In this document: positions 16,673 through 29,700 of the stretch, one piece after another
Position numbering within the stretch: position 1 is the first letter of the stretch
Layout: the number at the start of each line of letters is the position of its first letter
Assembly (NCBI GenBank): GCA_964016885.1
Contig: OZ024742.1
Location: 262,136,001-262,200,000, forward strand
DNA length: 64,000 bases
Origin: Eledone cirrhosa
Lineage: Eukaryota
Direction: 5' to 3'
Translations under genes and position numbers: made by a program
Notes under the pieces: model-generated
What the model saw: the letters and a program-made list of their open reading frames with translations, nothing else
The model's database searches: none
Told to the model about the DNA's origin: nothing

Positions 16673-18359
16673 AGCTATTGAGATTGACGAATATAGGGTC
16701 CAAGAGGTGATTAAGGAAATGAAAAATGGTAAGGCTGCCGGAATAGTTGCTGAGATGCTGAAGGCACTAAACTGGTTGCACGCATCATCAATCAGGCTAT
16801 ATATGGTGGTGTCATACCCAAAGACTGGTGCAGCAGTATTCTCATAAATTGCTACAAAGGTAAAGGGGATGCTCTGGAGAGGAGCAATTATAGGGGTATA
16901 AAACTGATAGATAAGGTTATGAAAGTGGCAGAAAGGATTTTAGCACAACTAATTAGAGAAAGGGTCAAATTAGATGAGATGCAGTTTGGTTTTGTGCCTG
17001 GGAAGAGTACAACAGATGCCCTCTTCTTGGTGAGACAATTGCAAGAGAGGTTCTTAGAGAAGAATAAGCCACTATACTTAACCTTTGTTGACCTACAGAA
17101 GGCCTTTGATAGGGTACCCCGATCTGTCATCTGGTGGTCCCTAAGGAAGCTAGGTGTTGAGGAATGGCTTGTGAGGACAGTGCAAACTTTGTACAGAGGT
17201 ACTCTCAGTAAAGTCAGGGTAGGAATGGAGTTTAGTGAGGAATTCCAGATACAAGTAGGAGTACATCAGGGTTTGGTCCTCAGCCCGCTCTTGTTCATTA
17301 TAGTCCTCCAAGCCATAACAGAGGAGTTTAAGACTGGCTGTCCATGGGAACTTCTCTATGCTGACGATCTGGTTCTTATAGCAGAATCAGTAGAGGAGCT
17401 AGAGATTAAATTTTGGCTATGAAACACAGCAGTTGGAAGCAAGAGGACTGAGAGTGAATCTAGCTAAGACAAAAGTGTTGATTAGTAGAAAAGAGGACAA
17501 AACCCTGATTCCGTCAGGGAAATGGCCATGTTCGATATGCAGAAAAGGAACTGGCATAAATTCTATAAAATGCACACAATGCAGATCCTGGGTACACAAG
17601 AGATGTAGCGGGATACCAGGCAAACTAACAGGTAGGGAGAAATATGTATGCAGTAGATTTACAGGGAAATTAGACAGTAGAAGTCGCATTGATAGACACA
17701 TTTTTCAGATGCAGGAGGACGCTATAGAAGTGGTGGATAGCTTCCGGTACCTAGGAGATCAGATTAGCATGGGAGGAGGGTGTTCCGAGGCCATAGTATC
17801 TAGAATAAGGACGGGTTGGAAGAAGTTTAGGGAGCTGCTTCTTCTGTTGACGAAGAAGGGTTTCTCCCTGCGTACAAAAGGCCGGTTGTATGATGCCTGT
17901 GTGAGGAGCGCGATGCTGCATGGTAATGAGACATGGGCAGCAACTGCAGAGGATATGCGACGACTGGAGAGAAATGAGGCAAGCATGCTCCGTTGGATGT
18001 GCAGTGTAAATGTGCGTGAACGACCCAGCATAAATGTGTTGAGAGAGAAACTGTGTCTGAGAGGGATAGAATGTAGTATATGGCAGAGGAGACTGAGGTG
18101 GTATGGACATGTGATGCACATGGAGGATGACCGATGGGTGAAGAAGTGCCAGGAAATGCCAGTTGAAGGAAGACGTGGTAGAGGTAGACCACGAAAAACA
18201 TGGGCGGAGGTGGTGAGAACAGACCTCAGATCATTGAAACTCACGGTGGAGATGACGAAGGACCGTGATGAGTGGAGAGATGCTGTGCTGAATAAGACCC
18301 GTCCCACCCTTGCAAGCAGGGAAAAGCGGACGTAAATTGATGATGATGATGATGATGAT
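16673..18359 (+). mobile_element. RTE LINE family C, 5'-truncated and disrupted (ORFs 16919-17422, 17433-18335)
   Basis: RT motifs FVDLQKAFD, GVHQG, YADD, Cys finger, RLRWYGHV; very short 3' UTR, (GAT)n tail. Confidence 0.92.
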
Positions 18360-18478
18360 ATATATATATATATATATATATGATATATATATATATATAT
18401 ATATATGATATATATATATATATATATATATGATATATATATATATATATATATATGATATATATATATATATATATA

Positions 18479-18515
<37 letters not shown>

Positions 18516-18574
18516 ATATATATATATATGATATATATATATATATATATATGATATATATATATATATATATG

Positions 18575-18605
<31 letters not shown>

Positions 18606-18632
18606 ATATATATATATATTATATATATATAT

Positions 18633-18727
<95 letters not shown>

Positions 18728-18736
18728 ATTATATAT

Positions 18737-18789
<53 letters not shown>

Positions 18790-19524
18790 ATATTATATAT
18801 TATATATATATATATATCTATTATATTATATATAGATGGTGAGGTCATTAACAATAATTCTCTTAATAAACATCAGGATGCATCCTATAAAAGCAATAAA
18901 CAACATCGAAACCGTAATAGACGAGTTACTTGGTATAATGCTCCATTTAATTTACAAATTAAGGATAATATACCTAAAAAATTCTTTAATATCCTAGAGA
19001 AAAACTTCCCGCCAAACCACAAATACCATCAAATCTTAAATAGATCAACGGTTAAATTCTCCTACTCAACAACCAAAAACATAAAACAAAATATAAGTGC
19101 CTATAATGCATATAAATGTAAAAAAACCATGAGTATACCACCAGTATATCAAACTAACCATAATATCTCCTCAGATACAGGATTCACGAAAAGTTGTAAC
19201 TGTAGAAACAAGGCAAACTGTCTATTAAAAGGAAATTGCCTTGTTAATAACATAGTATATAATTGTAAAGTTAACACTAAGGACTCAATTTATTCATATA
19301 TAGGAGCTACCTCTAACAAATTTAAGGTAAGATTTAATACCCACAAACATAGTTTTTAAAAATGCCGCACTAGCTAATACAACATCTCTAGCTGAAATAA
19401 TTAATAGTTATAGAAAGAGGAATATAGATTATGACCTGACCTGGAGTGTGCTCAAAAGGGCCACCCCTTATCAAAATAGTAGATATGAATGTAGATTGTG
19501 TTCCCAAGAACTTTTTGAAATAAT

Positions 19525-19658
19525 TGTTTCTACTTTAGGCACAAGGCCAGCAATTACCCAGTGCATTACTGGTACTTTATTTTATCGACCCCGTAAGGAT
19601 GAAAGGCAAAGTCAACCTCGCCGGGATTTGAACTCAGATCGTAAAGGGACGTAACTAT
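19525..19658 (-). mobile_element. 5'-truncated SINE with Nin-like domain inserted in the PLE ORF
   Basis: Reverse complement of GCCTTTCATCCTTACGGGGTCGATAAAATAAAGTACCAG; flanked by ATAAT duplication; homologous to copies at 39005 and 41069. Confidence 0.8.
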
Positions 19659-19747
19659 ATAATGAAATCTAAGGATATCCTATTAAATAAGCGACAGGAA
19701 TTAATAATATCGTGTAATCATAAACTGAGGAAAACCTTTAAATATTA

Positions 19748-19964
19748 TAAACCTAATTAACATACACTTTAGAAATTAATATATAAACTGTTTTTAATTT
19801 AGTTAACCTATAATTAATATTCTATTACTGATGAACTACATAATTCTGCTTTAAATATTATATACCTAATTAATATACACTTTAGAAATTAATATATAAA
19901 CTATTTTTAATTTAGTTAACCTATAATTAATATTCTACTACTGATGAACTACATAATTTTGCTT
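19748..19964. repeat. Tandem duplication of ~110 bp
   Basis: ACCTAATTAA..ACACTTTAGAAATT...ACTGATGAACTACATAATT occurs twice. Confidence 0.85.
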
Positions 19965-20174
19965 TCCTTCTTACAACTATCATTTCCTAAAACTGATACC
20001 ATTAAGTAAACATATATAATGCTTTAACTTCAGGTTATGACTCTATGTTCCTTGAAAACTATATATATTTATTATTTCTCACTAATAAATTTAATCCCCC
20101 CCCCCCAATAATTATATGTATATGTAAGTGTGTATGTGTGTATATATATGTATGTATGTATGTATATATGCATG

Positions 20175-20237
<63 letters not shown>

Positions 20238-20950
20238 ATATATATGTGTATATATATGTGTGTGTGTATGTATATATATATGTGTATATATATGTATATA
20301 TAAGTATATATATATATTATTTTTATATTCTTTTAATTTCCCCTCATCTTTAACAGCACTTTTCAACTGCATCTAACTCTTATTTATCATATCTATATGT
20401 ATTAGTATAATTTTATCAATATAAATATACCCATCAATTAAATTAATTTATATTCTTTTCATAGATGTATTTTCTTCACTAACATTCTTATCGTAAAACT
20501 TTAGTCACCTTAGATATTTGTATTGGCATTACTATTTTATAACAGCAACTGCTTGTATACCTTTTACTGACCACCTGACCTATTTTCACCCCTAAAATAA
20601 GCTTCAATTACTACTATTTTACCATTTGGCCAATTATTAACTTTCTATTGGTTAATTCTAAACCTCTTACCAAACAGACAGAATATATTAGATCTTTGTT
20701 GGTTTTATTCAATGAACAAATAAAATTATTTCTGAGGTCAGCATAAGACCTATTTCTTCCCTAAAATAATCCTTCATTCATAATATTCTTTTCCATCCAA
20801 AACTGAAATCTACCTTCCTCTACCCATAATTTAAGGTTCTTCTACTACTATATTACTACCTTGACCCTCACTATCTCTCTATTGGTCAATTCAAAACCTG
20901 TTCCCAAACAGACCTATTGTATTGAATCTTTGTTTTTTCAATAAACAAAT

Positions 20951-21093
20951 ATCATTATTTCTGAAGACAGCATATATATGTGTCGGTATGTATATTCCCT
21001 CTGATAGTTTGTATAAATATTGTACATAGATCTATAGAATATGCATACCAACTCTAACACATATATATCCTAGAAACGATCGTAAAATGATGA
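20951..21093 (+). ncRNA. Type I hammerhead with ~105-nt extended stem II
   Basis: TCATTATTT-CTGAAGA-[ATATATATGTGT/ACACATATATAT and GGTATGTATATTC/GAATATGCATACC helices]-GAAA-CGATCG-TA^AAATGATGA. Confidence 0.75.
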
Positions 21094-21217
21094 ATTTTTT
21101 TTAATATAAGGAACTGTTTCTTTGTTTATTCATTATTTTATTAATTTATCTATATTATATATATATATTATATATATATATATATATTATATATATATAT
21201 ATTATATATATATATAT

Positions 21218-21310
<93 letters not shown>

Positions 21311-21312
21311 AT

Positions 21313-21346
<34 letters not shown>

Positions 21347-21364
21347 ATATATATATATATATAT

Positions 21365-21492
<128 letters not shown>

Positions 21493-21497
21493 GTATA

Positions 21498-22800
21498 TCC
21501 ATTGTTTTTGGAAGTCATCCGGATAGTGATTTGTTTATATTACTTTAATAAGTCATAGTGTTAAGGACAATTAGAAAAAGACGGAGAGAAAGAAAAAACG
21601 TGGAGAGGTATCGGAGAGAGAGAGATGCATGGAGAAGACAAGAAAGAGATAAGTAAAGACAGGAGGAAAGGAAGAAAGAAGAAAAAAGGAAGAAATAAGA
21701 AAAACAGAGGAAAGCAACAGAGATATTAAGTCAACAGACAGATAGAAAAACTCAAGAGAGAGAAATTTTATTAGAGAAATTATATGAGAGAAATGTTATA
21801 TAGAGAGAGAGGGAGATTATGAAAACTTTTATGAACTTTTATTAAATTTTTATAACACAATGAGTGTATAGCAGTGATTAAGAGAAATCATTTACGTTTT
21901 GTATGGCTATATTGTTGGCTTGAGTAAACATAATTTCTATTTTCAGGACATGCGTATCTATATGTATGTATATATACATATGTATTTGTATGTCTTTGCA
22001 TAAAATACTAATCTCTATACCAAGGGTACATTTTGAACTCAGATTTTGGTATATTGATCTCAAGTTTCTAAACTAAACATATGGTCATTATTGAACAATG
22101 TTTAATTTCTCATATTATATATCTATGTCCCATTCATGAATATTGATACTTATATTTATATTTTTATTATTCATTTCATATAAATTGTTAACTTAACTTA
22201 ATATGACATGACGTAAAGTTGTTACTGTCCCCCTCTCTCTATATACTATTTCTCTCTCTTGAGTTTCTCTTTCTGTATGATGACTTGATATCTCTCTGTT
22301 GCTTTCCTTTGTTTTTCTTATTCCTTCCTTTTCTTTCTTTTTTATTTCCTCCTATCTTTATCTATCTCTTTCTTTTCTCCATACTTTTCTCTCTCTCTCC
22401 GATATTTCTCCAAGTTTTCTTTCTCTTTTCTTTCTCTCTCTCTGTCTTTGTTCTTTTCTCTTTCTTTCTCTCCATCTTTTTCTAATTGTGCTTAACACTA
22501 TGACTTATTATATGAACAAATCACTATCCAGACAGCCTCCAAAAGTAATGGTTGTATTTTAAAGGGTACGTCAAACCTATTTGTAAAACTGTTATATATT
22601 GTATTTTGTCTGATGAAGGCATACCATAATTTAATGTGGTATCCCTGAAAAATGTATAATGAAATAAATATGGTTTTATAAATATAGTTTCCATTTATTA
22701 ATATCGTATATCTACTCCAAAAATTTGTCGAGTGCTTTATATCAGTTATAAAAATATTTACTTGTTGTATCCCAACAATTTTAAATAGAACTTTTGCATA
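21498..22800 (+). mobile_element. Non-coding PLE-type element with diverged ~320-bp inverted arms (21498-~21815 / ~22228-22550) and an HHR
   Basis: GGATAGTGATTTGTT..AATAAGTCATAGTGTTAAG versus CTTAACACTATGACTTATT..AACAAATCACTATCC; purine-rich and pyrimidine-rich mirrored arms. Confidence 0.65.
22602..22666 (+). ncRNA. Type I hammerhead-like motif
   Basis: TATTTTGT-CTGATGA-AGGcATACCA..TGGTATcCCT-GAAA-AATGTA-TA^ATGAAATA; stem I pairs with two G-U wobbles. Confidence 0.7.
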
Positions 22801-22812
22801 TATTATATATAT

Positions 22813-22890
<78 letters not shown>

Positions 22891-22892
<2 letters not shown>

Positions 22893-23082
22893 AATGAGTA
22901 CGACCCCGACGGCTGAGCTCAAGCCATTTCGACGGCTAATTCTGGACAGAATTAGCCGTCGAAACGGCTTGAGCTCAGCTGTAGGGGTCATACTCGTTCC
23001 TATTACCCACTCTACTACCCTAAGTATTCAGTACTTTGGTGCGTTATGGTCCACCTGGTTCCTTACCACATTTCCTTCGTTA
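22891..23082 (+). mobile_element. Second copy of the fold-back half-hammerhead element
   Basis: 110-bp palindrome 22891-23000 plus the same tail as 12729-12810. Confidence 0.85.
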
Positions 23083-23101
23083 TATATATATATATATATA
23101 T

Positions 23102-23144
<43 letters not shown>

Positions 23145-23158
23145 TATATATATATATG

Positions 23159-26100
23159 TCATCATCATCATCATCATCACCGTTTTACGTCCGTTCTTCC
23201 ACGCTAGCATGGGTTAGACGGGTTGTCCTGTTGTGGGCAGTGTCTGGTCGGCTGACCATGCCTTGCTCATACAGGAACTGATCTGGCTTGATTTCTACAG
23301 CTGGATGCCCTTCCTAACACCAACCTCATTTACAGTGAGTGCTGGGTGCTTTTTCGTGGCGCCTACACGTCCACTTTACAGTGTGGGCTGGGTGCTTTTT
23401 TGCCGTGGCACCTCCACGACCACCTTGCGGTGGGGGGGGGGGGGCATATTGTTTATATGCTTCAGCATGTACCCATGGGAGGTCGGGTACCCTGTATTAC
23501 TGCGTGACGCCAGAAGTCACGGTCGTGTGTCATTGACTTTGAGAGGTGTAGTTGGGTAAGGTCGGCTTTTATCACCTCATCCCAAGTCATCTTGGGTCTC
23601 CCCACTCCGCGGTTTCCATCAACTTCTAGTGCTCTGCACCTTTTTATGCAGCTGTCATCCTTCATACGCATCACATGTCCATACCAGCGTAACCGCCTCT
23701 CCTGCACGCAGCATTTGATTCCTCTTATGCTCAGTCTCTCTCTCAATTCATTTATGCTTTGTCGTTCACGTATATTACTGTTACACATCCATCGGAGCAT
23801 GCAGGCTTCGTTTCTCTCTAATCTACGTAAGTCTTCCACCTTCAGCGCCCAGGTCTCACTACCATGCAACATCGCTGTTCGGATACACGCATCATACAGT
23901 CTGCCTTTCATTCTGAGGGAGAAGCCTTTTGCAGCTAGCAGTGGTAGTACTTCCCTAAACTTCTTCCATCCCGTTCTTACCCTAGTTATTGTACTTTCTG
24001 AGCACCCACCTCCGTTGCTAATTCGGTCACCTAGGTAGCAGAAGCTGTCTACTGTTTCTACAGGGCCCTCCCAGAGATTGGTGGTACTTGTTTCCTGTGG
24101 CTGTTTGCTTGCTGTTTCAGCACAGCTGCTGCATGTGAATCCTACATTCTTAATTAAGCTTCCTGAGATCCCGCTACATCTCTTGTGTACCCATTGTTTG
24201 CATTTGGGGCAAAGAATGGAGTTCCTACCTACACCTTTCCTACATACTGAGCAAGGCCATTTCCCTGAGGGGATCTGGGTTCTGTTTTCTCGTCTACTTA
24301 TAAGGACCTTAGTCTTTGTCATGTTGACTTTGAGGCCCTTTCTCTCTAGTCCCTGCTTCCAGGTTTGGAATTTATTCTCTAGTTCTACCATAGATTCAGC
24401 TATGAGTGCGAGGTCATCAGCATACAGGAGTTCCCATGGGCATCCGGTCTTAAACTCCTCCGTTATTGCCTGCAGGACTATGATGAACAGGAGAGGGCTA
24501 AGAACAGAGCCCTGGTGGACCCCAACCTGTACGCTAAATTCCTCGCTATACTCATTGCCAATCCTAACTTTGCTGATTGCTCCCCTATACATGGCTTGTA
24601 CCGCTTTCACAAGCCATTCATCTACTCCTAGTTTTCTAAGAGCCCACCAGATTACTGCACGTGGAACTCTGTCAAAGGCTTTCTCAAGGTCGACAAATGC
24701 CAAGTAGAGTGGCTTACTTTTAGCTAGGTACTTTTCCTGTAATTGCCTCACAAGGAAGAGCGCATCAGTGGTGCCTTTCCCTGGTACAAACCCAAATTGC
24801 ATCTCGTCTATATTCACCCGGTCCCTAATCAGCTGTGCTATAACTCTTTCTGTTACTTTCATGACCTGGTCCATCAACTTTATACCTCTATAGTTTCCTC
24901 TATCTAGTGCATCGCCTTTACCTTTGTAGCAGTTGACAATGATGCTACTGCACCAATCTTTTGGTATGGCCCCCTCTAGTATTACCTGGTTAACGATACG
25001 TGTGGTTATAGTGTGACCTACAGACCCAGATGCCTTCAGCATCTCGGCAGCTATACCCGATGGACCGGTTGCCTTCCCTATCTTCATATCTCTGATTGCC
25101 TTACTTACTACGCTGCCGCTGACTTGTACTGCTGGTCCCTCTATAGGGTCTACGTGGGGTAGGGTCTCTTCTTCCCATGCATTCTCCTCATTTAGTAATC
25201 TATCATAATGACTCTTCCATGCATCTTTCTTCTCAGCACTTGTGAGGGCAAGCTCACCTTTATCATTCCGGATACACTTCTCTCCAATGACATCACAACT
25301 ATCTCTGACACACTGCCTCGCAATCTTGAATACCTCCTGTTTCTGGTCCTCACGTTGTAAAACATGCTTGAATTTTCTATCCTCTGCTTCCCTCCTAGCT
25401 AAGTATACTTGTCGCCTAGCTTCCCTCTTGGTCTCTATGTAATGTACCCTGCTCCCCCCGTTCTTCCATTCTTTCCATGCCTGTCTCTTGGCCTTGACTG
25501 CTTCATCTACCTTATTGTTCCACCACCAAGTCACTCTCCTCCTGCTTGAGGTCTTACTCCAGCCACAAACCTCATCCGTCGCCTCTAGTAAGTTATTTTT
25601 TAGGAACTCCCAGTTCTCTTCTACGTTAAATGTCTCTATCTGTTCTTCTTTACTGTCGTAGGCGTTGAGTAAAATATCTTTAAATCTGTTACTGGTTGAG
25701 GGGACTTTCAGCTTCCAGATCTTTCTTCTCCAGGTTGGCCTCTGTTTCAGGGCTCGTCTAGTTCTGACCGTGAGGTCGCTGACAACTAAGCTATGTTGGG
25801 ATGTACATTCCTCACTAGGGAAGGCTTTTGTGTTTACGACCGTCCATCTGTCACGTCCTCTGATGAGGATAAAATCTAACTGACTAGAGTGCTCCCCTGA
25901 TCTATAGGTGATCAGGTGGTTGTCGGGTTTTTTAAAGTTTGTGTTACATATCGACATGTCATTGGCGTCGCAGAATTCTAGAAGTCTGAATCCTTCCTCA
26001 TTCCTTGTGCCAACTCCATGGCCTCCATGTACTCTATTGAAGCCGTCGCAGTGTTTACCTACGTGTCCGTTAAAATCTCCTGCAATGATTAGGAAGTCCT

Positions 26101-26599
26101 TGTCGTCTGTTAGAGCAGTAGTGTGTATTAGGGACTCGTAAAACCTATCCTTAAGTTCGTCTGGCAGCCCCGATTGGGGTGCGTAAGCTGATATTATTGT
26201 GGTAATTGTCTTATTCAGGACTAGTCTGAGTTTAATGATTCTTGCATTTACCCTGTACACTGAGATTACTTTATCTACCCACTTGTCAGCTAATAGTATA
26301 CCTACACCACCCATCCCATCGTCATTTCCCACCCAGAAAAATTTGTAGCACTGGCTTTTTCCTACAAGGACTCTAGCAGACCCTCCTCTCCATCTAGTCT
26401 CTTGCACACAGCATACATCAACTTCCTTTCGCTCTAGCATTTCTACGATTTCTCCTGCTCTTCCTTTCATTGAGCCTACATTGATGGTACCAACTCGGAG
26501 TTTTGGGCATTTGTCGACACTCGTAGGGGAGGGTCTCTGGGTTGGCGCTTCACGTGGGTGCTTGGTAGCTCGCAGATTCATATTTCATCTATTGATTCA
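23159..26599 (-). mobile_element. RTE LINE family A, complete ORF, 5' UTR truncated
   Basis: Uninterrupted ORF, ~300-nt 3' UTR, (GAT)n tail, both ends in (TA)n. Confidence 0.95.
23462..26581 (-). CDS. RTE ORF, 1039 aa: APE endonuclease + reverse transcriptase with internal PHD-like Cys/His finger
   Basis: GTINVGS, QETRW, SAYAPQ, GDFNGH, SQLDFIL, SQH; NYRGIKL, FVDLEKAFD, QGSVLSP, YADD, FCYLG; CxxC..CxxC..HxxC..CxxC. Confidence 0.95.
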   Translation of the reverse strand: MNLRATKHPREAPTQRPSPTSVDKCPKLRVGTINVGSMKGRAGEIVEMLERKEVDVCCVQETRWRGGSARVLVGKSQCYKFFWVGNDDGMGGVGILLADKWVDKVISVYRVNARIIKLRLVLNKTITTIISAYAPQSGLPDELKDRFYESLIHTTALTDDKDFLIIAGDFNGHVGKHCDGFNRVHGGHGVGTRNEEGFRLLEFCDANDMSICNTNFKKPDNHLITYRSGEHSSQLDFILIRGRDRWTVVNTKAFPSEECTSQHSLVVSDLTVRTRRALKQRPTWRRKIWKLKVPSTSNRFKDILLNAYDSKEEQIETFNVEENWEFLKNNLLEATDEVCGWSKTSSRRRVTWWWNNKVDEAVKAKRQAWKEWKNGGSRVHYIETKREARRQVYLARREAEDRKFKHVLQREDQKQEVFKIARQCVRDSCDVIGEKCIRNDKGELALTSAEKKDAWKSHYDRLLNEENAWEEETLPHVDPIEGPAVQVSGSVVSKAIRDMKIGKATGPSGIAAEMLKASGSVGHTITTRIVNQVILEGAIPKDWCSSIIVNCYKGKGDALDRGNYRGIKLMDQVMKVTERVIAQLIRDRVNIDEMQFGFVPGKGTTDALFLVRQLQEKYLAKSKPLYLAFVDLEKAFDRVPRAVIWWALRKLGVDEWLVKAVQAMYRGAISKVRIGNEYSEEFSVQVGVHQGSVLSPLLFIIVLQAITEEFKTGCPWELLYADDLALIAESMVELENKFQTWKQGLERKGLKVNMTKTKVLISRRENRTQIPSGKWPCSVCRKGVGRNSILCPKCKQWVHKRCSGISGSLIKNVGFTCSSCAETASKQPQETSTTNLWEGPVETVDSFCYLGDRISNGGGCSESTITRVRTGWKKFREVLPLLAAKGFSLRMKGRLYDACIRTAMLHGSETWALKVEDLRRLERNEACMLRWMCNSNIRERQSINELRERLSIRGIKCCVQERRLRWYGHVMRMKDDSCIKRCRALEVDGNRGVGRPKMTWDEVIKADLTQLHLSKSMTHDRDFWRHAVIQGTRPPMGTC

Positions 26600-26651
26600 T
26601 GTATATATATATATGTATATATACATATTGTATATATATATATATATATTG

Positions 26652-26682
<31 letters not shown>

Positions 26683-26799
26683 TGTATATATATATATATA
26701 TATTGTATATATGTATATATATATATATATATTGTATATATGTATATATATATGTATATATATATATATATTATATATATATATATTATAGATATATAT

Positions 26800-29700
26800 A
26801 TCTATCTATCTAAGGCGGGTAAAATTCCCGAGATCCATGGACGAGTTCTCTCCAGCGGTCTCTGTCCCTCATTATCGCTGCCATATCCTGCATCTCCAAC
26901 AGACCAGTGTCTGTCCTTAGGGCATCAACATATGTTAACCTTGGTCTTCCTCTTCTAGTGTGTCCATGTAGGGGCTCCCAAAGGAGCACTGAGTGCAATG
27001 TCAACTCTGGATGTCAGTGAGCATGTCCAGCCAACCTCAGTCTCCTCTGTGTCACTTTTGAGCTGACTTTTGGGATGCTCCCATACAGTTCTGAGTTTTT
27101 CATCCTCAGTGTATACTGATTAATGTTCAGAGCCATCCTCAGCATTCTCGTGTAGCACCCATCCACCATCTGAGTGAGTCTCTTGGTCAGTGTCCAAGTC
27201 TCAGACCCACACAGCAGCACAGACTCCACTACAGCAATGAAGAGGCGGATTTTCAGGTCTCTACGAAGGTCAGACTTCCACACCGATCTCAAGCTGTGAC
27301 ACGCCGCCCAGGCCTTGCTCTTCCTCTCAACCACATCATCCTCAGTATTCCCAATCTTTGCTCCCAAATACAGGAAGTCCTCAACCAATTCCAGCGGCTT
27401 CCCGCCTACATTAGTGATCCCCTCTGGCTTCTCAACATTCTCTACCAGATATTTTGTTTTAGTCTCATTCATTCTCAGCCCCACACTCATCGACACAGTC
27501 TCAACCTCCCGCATCAAATCCTCTGCCTCCTTCACTGTATTTGTCACCAAAACTATGTCGTCGGCAAATTCAGCATCCGATACCTTTTTCGCCCCAACTC
27601 TCCTGCTCTGAGCCGGTGCTACAGTAGAGCCAGAGTCCTGGTGTTTCTCCAGTGCAAGGCGCATACAATAGTCCACTACGATGACAAAAAGGTAGGGAGC
27701 CAATGTATCTCCCTGGAGCACTCCAGCCAGTATCTCAAAGAACTCTGTCATCCCATCAGGTGTAATGACTTGGGCTTTGGTGTTGGTGTAGAGCAGTGAT
27801 ATCAGGTCCACTATCCTCTTGGGGATTCCATAAGCCTGTAAGATCTTCATCAGGCAGTAACGGTCCACAGAATCAAAGGCCTTCCTAAAGTCAATGAAAA
27901 CCATGACCGCAGGAAGGCACTTTGCTCTAGCTCCCTCTAATATCCTCCTCAGCATCAGGATGTGACTGGTGGTTGATCTACCCTCTCTGAAGCCGTTCTG
28001 GTTGTCCCTGAGCTTCTTCTCCATCTCAGGCTGGATCCTGTTAAGAATCATCCTGTTGAGGGTCTTTGCCACAAGTGACGTCAGTGAGATCCCCCGGTAG
28101 TTGTTGGTGTTAGAGAGATCTCCCTTCTTTGGCACTGGGACGATGTTACTGATCCTCCACTGATTCGGGGCAACTCCTTTCTCCAGTGCCCCGTTACAGA
28201 ACCCCAGGATGATATCATCAAAATCACACCTCTTCATCACCTCTGATGCCACTCCATCTTCTCCATGAACCTTGCCCTCCTTGATCTTCTTCTTGGCTCT
28301 CTGAAGCTCCTCTCTGGTGAAGGGCTCTGTCTCAACATTCAGTTCCTCAAACAGCCGCCTGATCTCCCCAGTGCTCTGGGCTGTGGAGGGTGGCTCTCCT
28401 AGTAGGGTCCTAAAATGGTCTAGCCATTTCCTCTTCCTATCCTCGGGCCCCGTTCCCTGGATCTGACTCGAACACCTTTTCTTCCTCCCTGTGATCTCGT
28501 TGATGATCATCCAGCTCTCCTTACATCCAGATCTGTCAACCGCTCTCTCCACACTTCTGATCTTCTCTATCAGTGCCTCCTCTCTGACCTCAGTGTAAGC
28601 GGTACAGAGCTCTTCCCTCATCACCTCCACAGTCTCCATCCTCTCCTCCGTAGGATCAGCATAGAATTGGTCCCTGGCAGCTTTCAGGTGTTCTCTGGCT
28701 GCACACACTTTTGGGTTTGCAGAGCTGAGGTGCTTCCCTTTGTTCTTTTTCCTCGGCACCAGGGTTTCACTTGCTTTCGCCACTGCATTGGTGAAGTGCC
28801 CGTACCTCCTTGTCACACTCTCCTCAGTCCATCCAATCTCTCTCTCCTCTGACTCTCCACACAGAGCACTAAACCTGTTTCTCACTTCCACTGTGAACCT
28901 CTCCTGTAGCTTATCATCTTCCTTGAAAGCTCCCCAGTCATAGATTGTTCTCTGGGGCTGAGCCTTGCTCTTTCTTAAGCTCACGCGGACCTCACTCATA
29001 ACAAGCCGGTGGTCACTACCCAGTGTACTGAAATAGCTGTATGGTTTCGTGTTCAGAACACTATTCCGCCACTTTTTCCTCACCAGAATGAAATCAATCT
29101 GGGACTTGGACAGGTGCATATCTGAGATGTAGGTCCACATCTCCCCCAGATTCTTCCTAAACCTTAGGTTGGTCGCCATCAAGTTCGCCTCCAGCAGGGT
29201 GTCTCTCAGTAGTCTTCCATTTCGGTTGGTGTTGTTATGGAAGTACCAGCAAGGATCTTCACTGCCCTCCTTACTCAGATGTGCATTGAAGTCCCCCAAA
29301 ACAAGCAGGATATTGTGTGCCTGAGTGGTGTTGACAGCTCTACACACCTCCTCATGGAACTCCTCGGCATTCACATCACTGTCCCCCTCGGTTGGACTAT
29401 AGGCTGAGATGACTGTCAGTCTTGGGTTTCCATTGAAGGTCACCCTCAACACTCGCGGGGAGATAGGCATTATTTCCCTCACCAACAGATTGGTTTTTGC
29501 ACTGAACATAAAACCCACTCCTCCCACTGCAGCATTTGTTGTGTTCTTCACTGCCGATGTAGTGATGAGCTGGCTCTTCCTCCCGATCATCACACTCCTC
29601 ACGGGCTCATCGTGTAGAATCCTGTGTTCTTGGATTGCAAGTATCTGTATACCACTCTCCTCGAACAGATGTCCCAACTCCTCTCTCTTCTCCAGCGTTC

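Larger units (their letters stand above)
18835..21150 (+). mobile_element. Penelope-like element 3' portion (RT C-terminus + GIY-YIG, ~18835-19760) with long 3' region and HHR
   Basis: RRVTWYNAPFN, KFSYST, CNC..NC...GNCL, IVY..SYIGAT..FKVRF..H, CRLC motifs. The downstream extent is inferred from the HHR at 20951. Confidence 0.75.

Noticed and set aside
19828-19950. CTGATGA present twice in the 110-bp duplication
   Set aside because: No stem II-GAAA-NUH arrangement follows.
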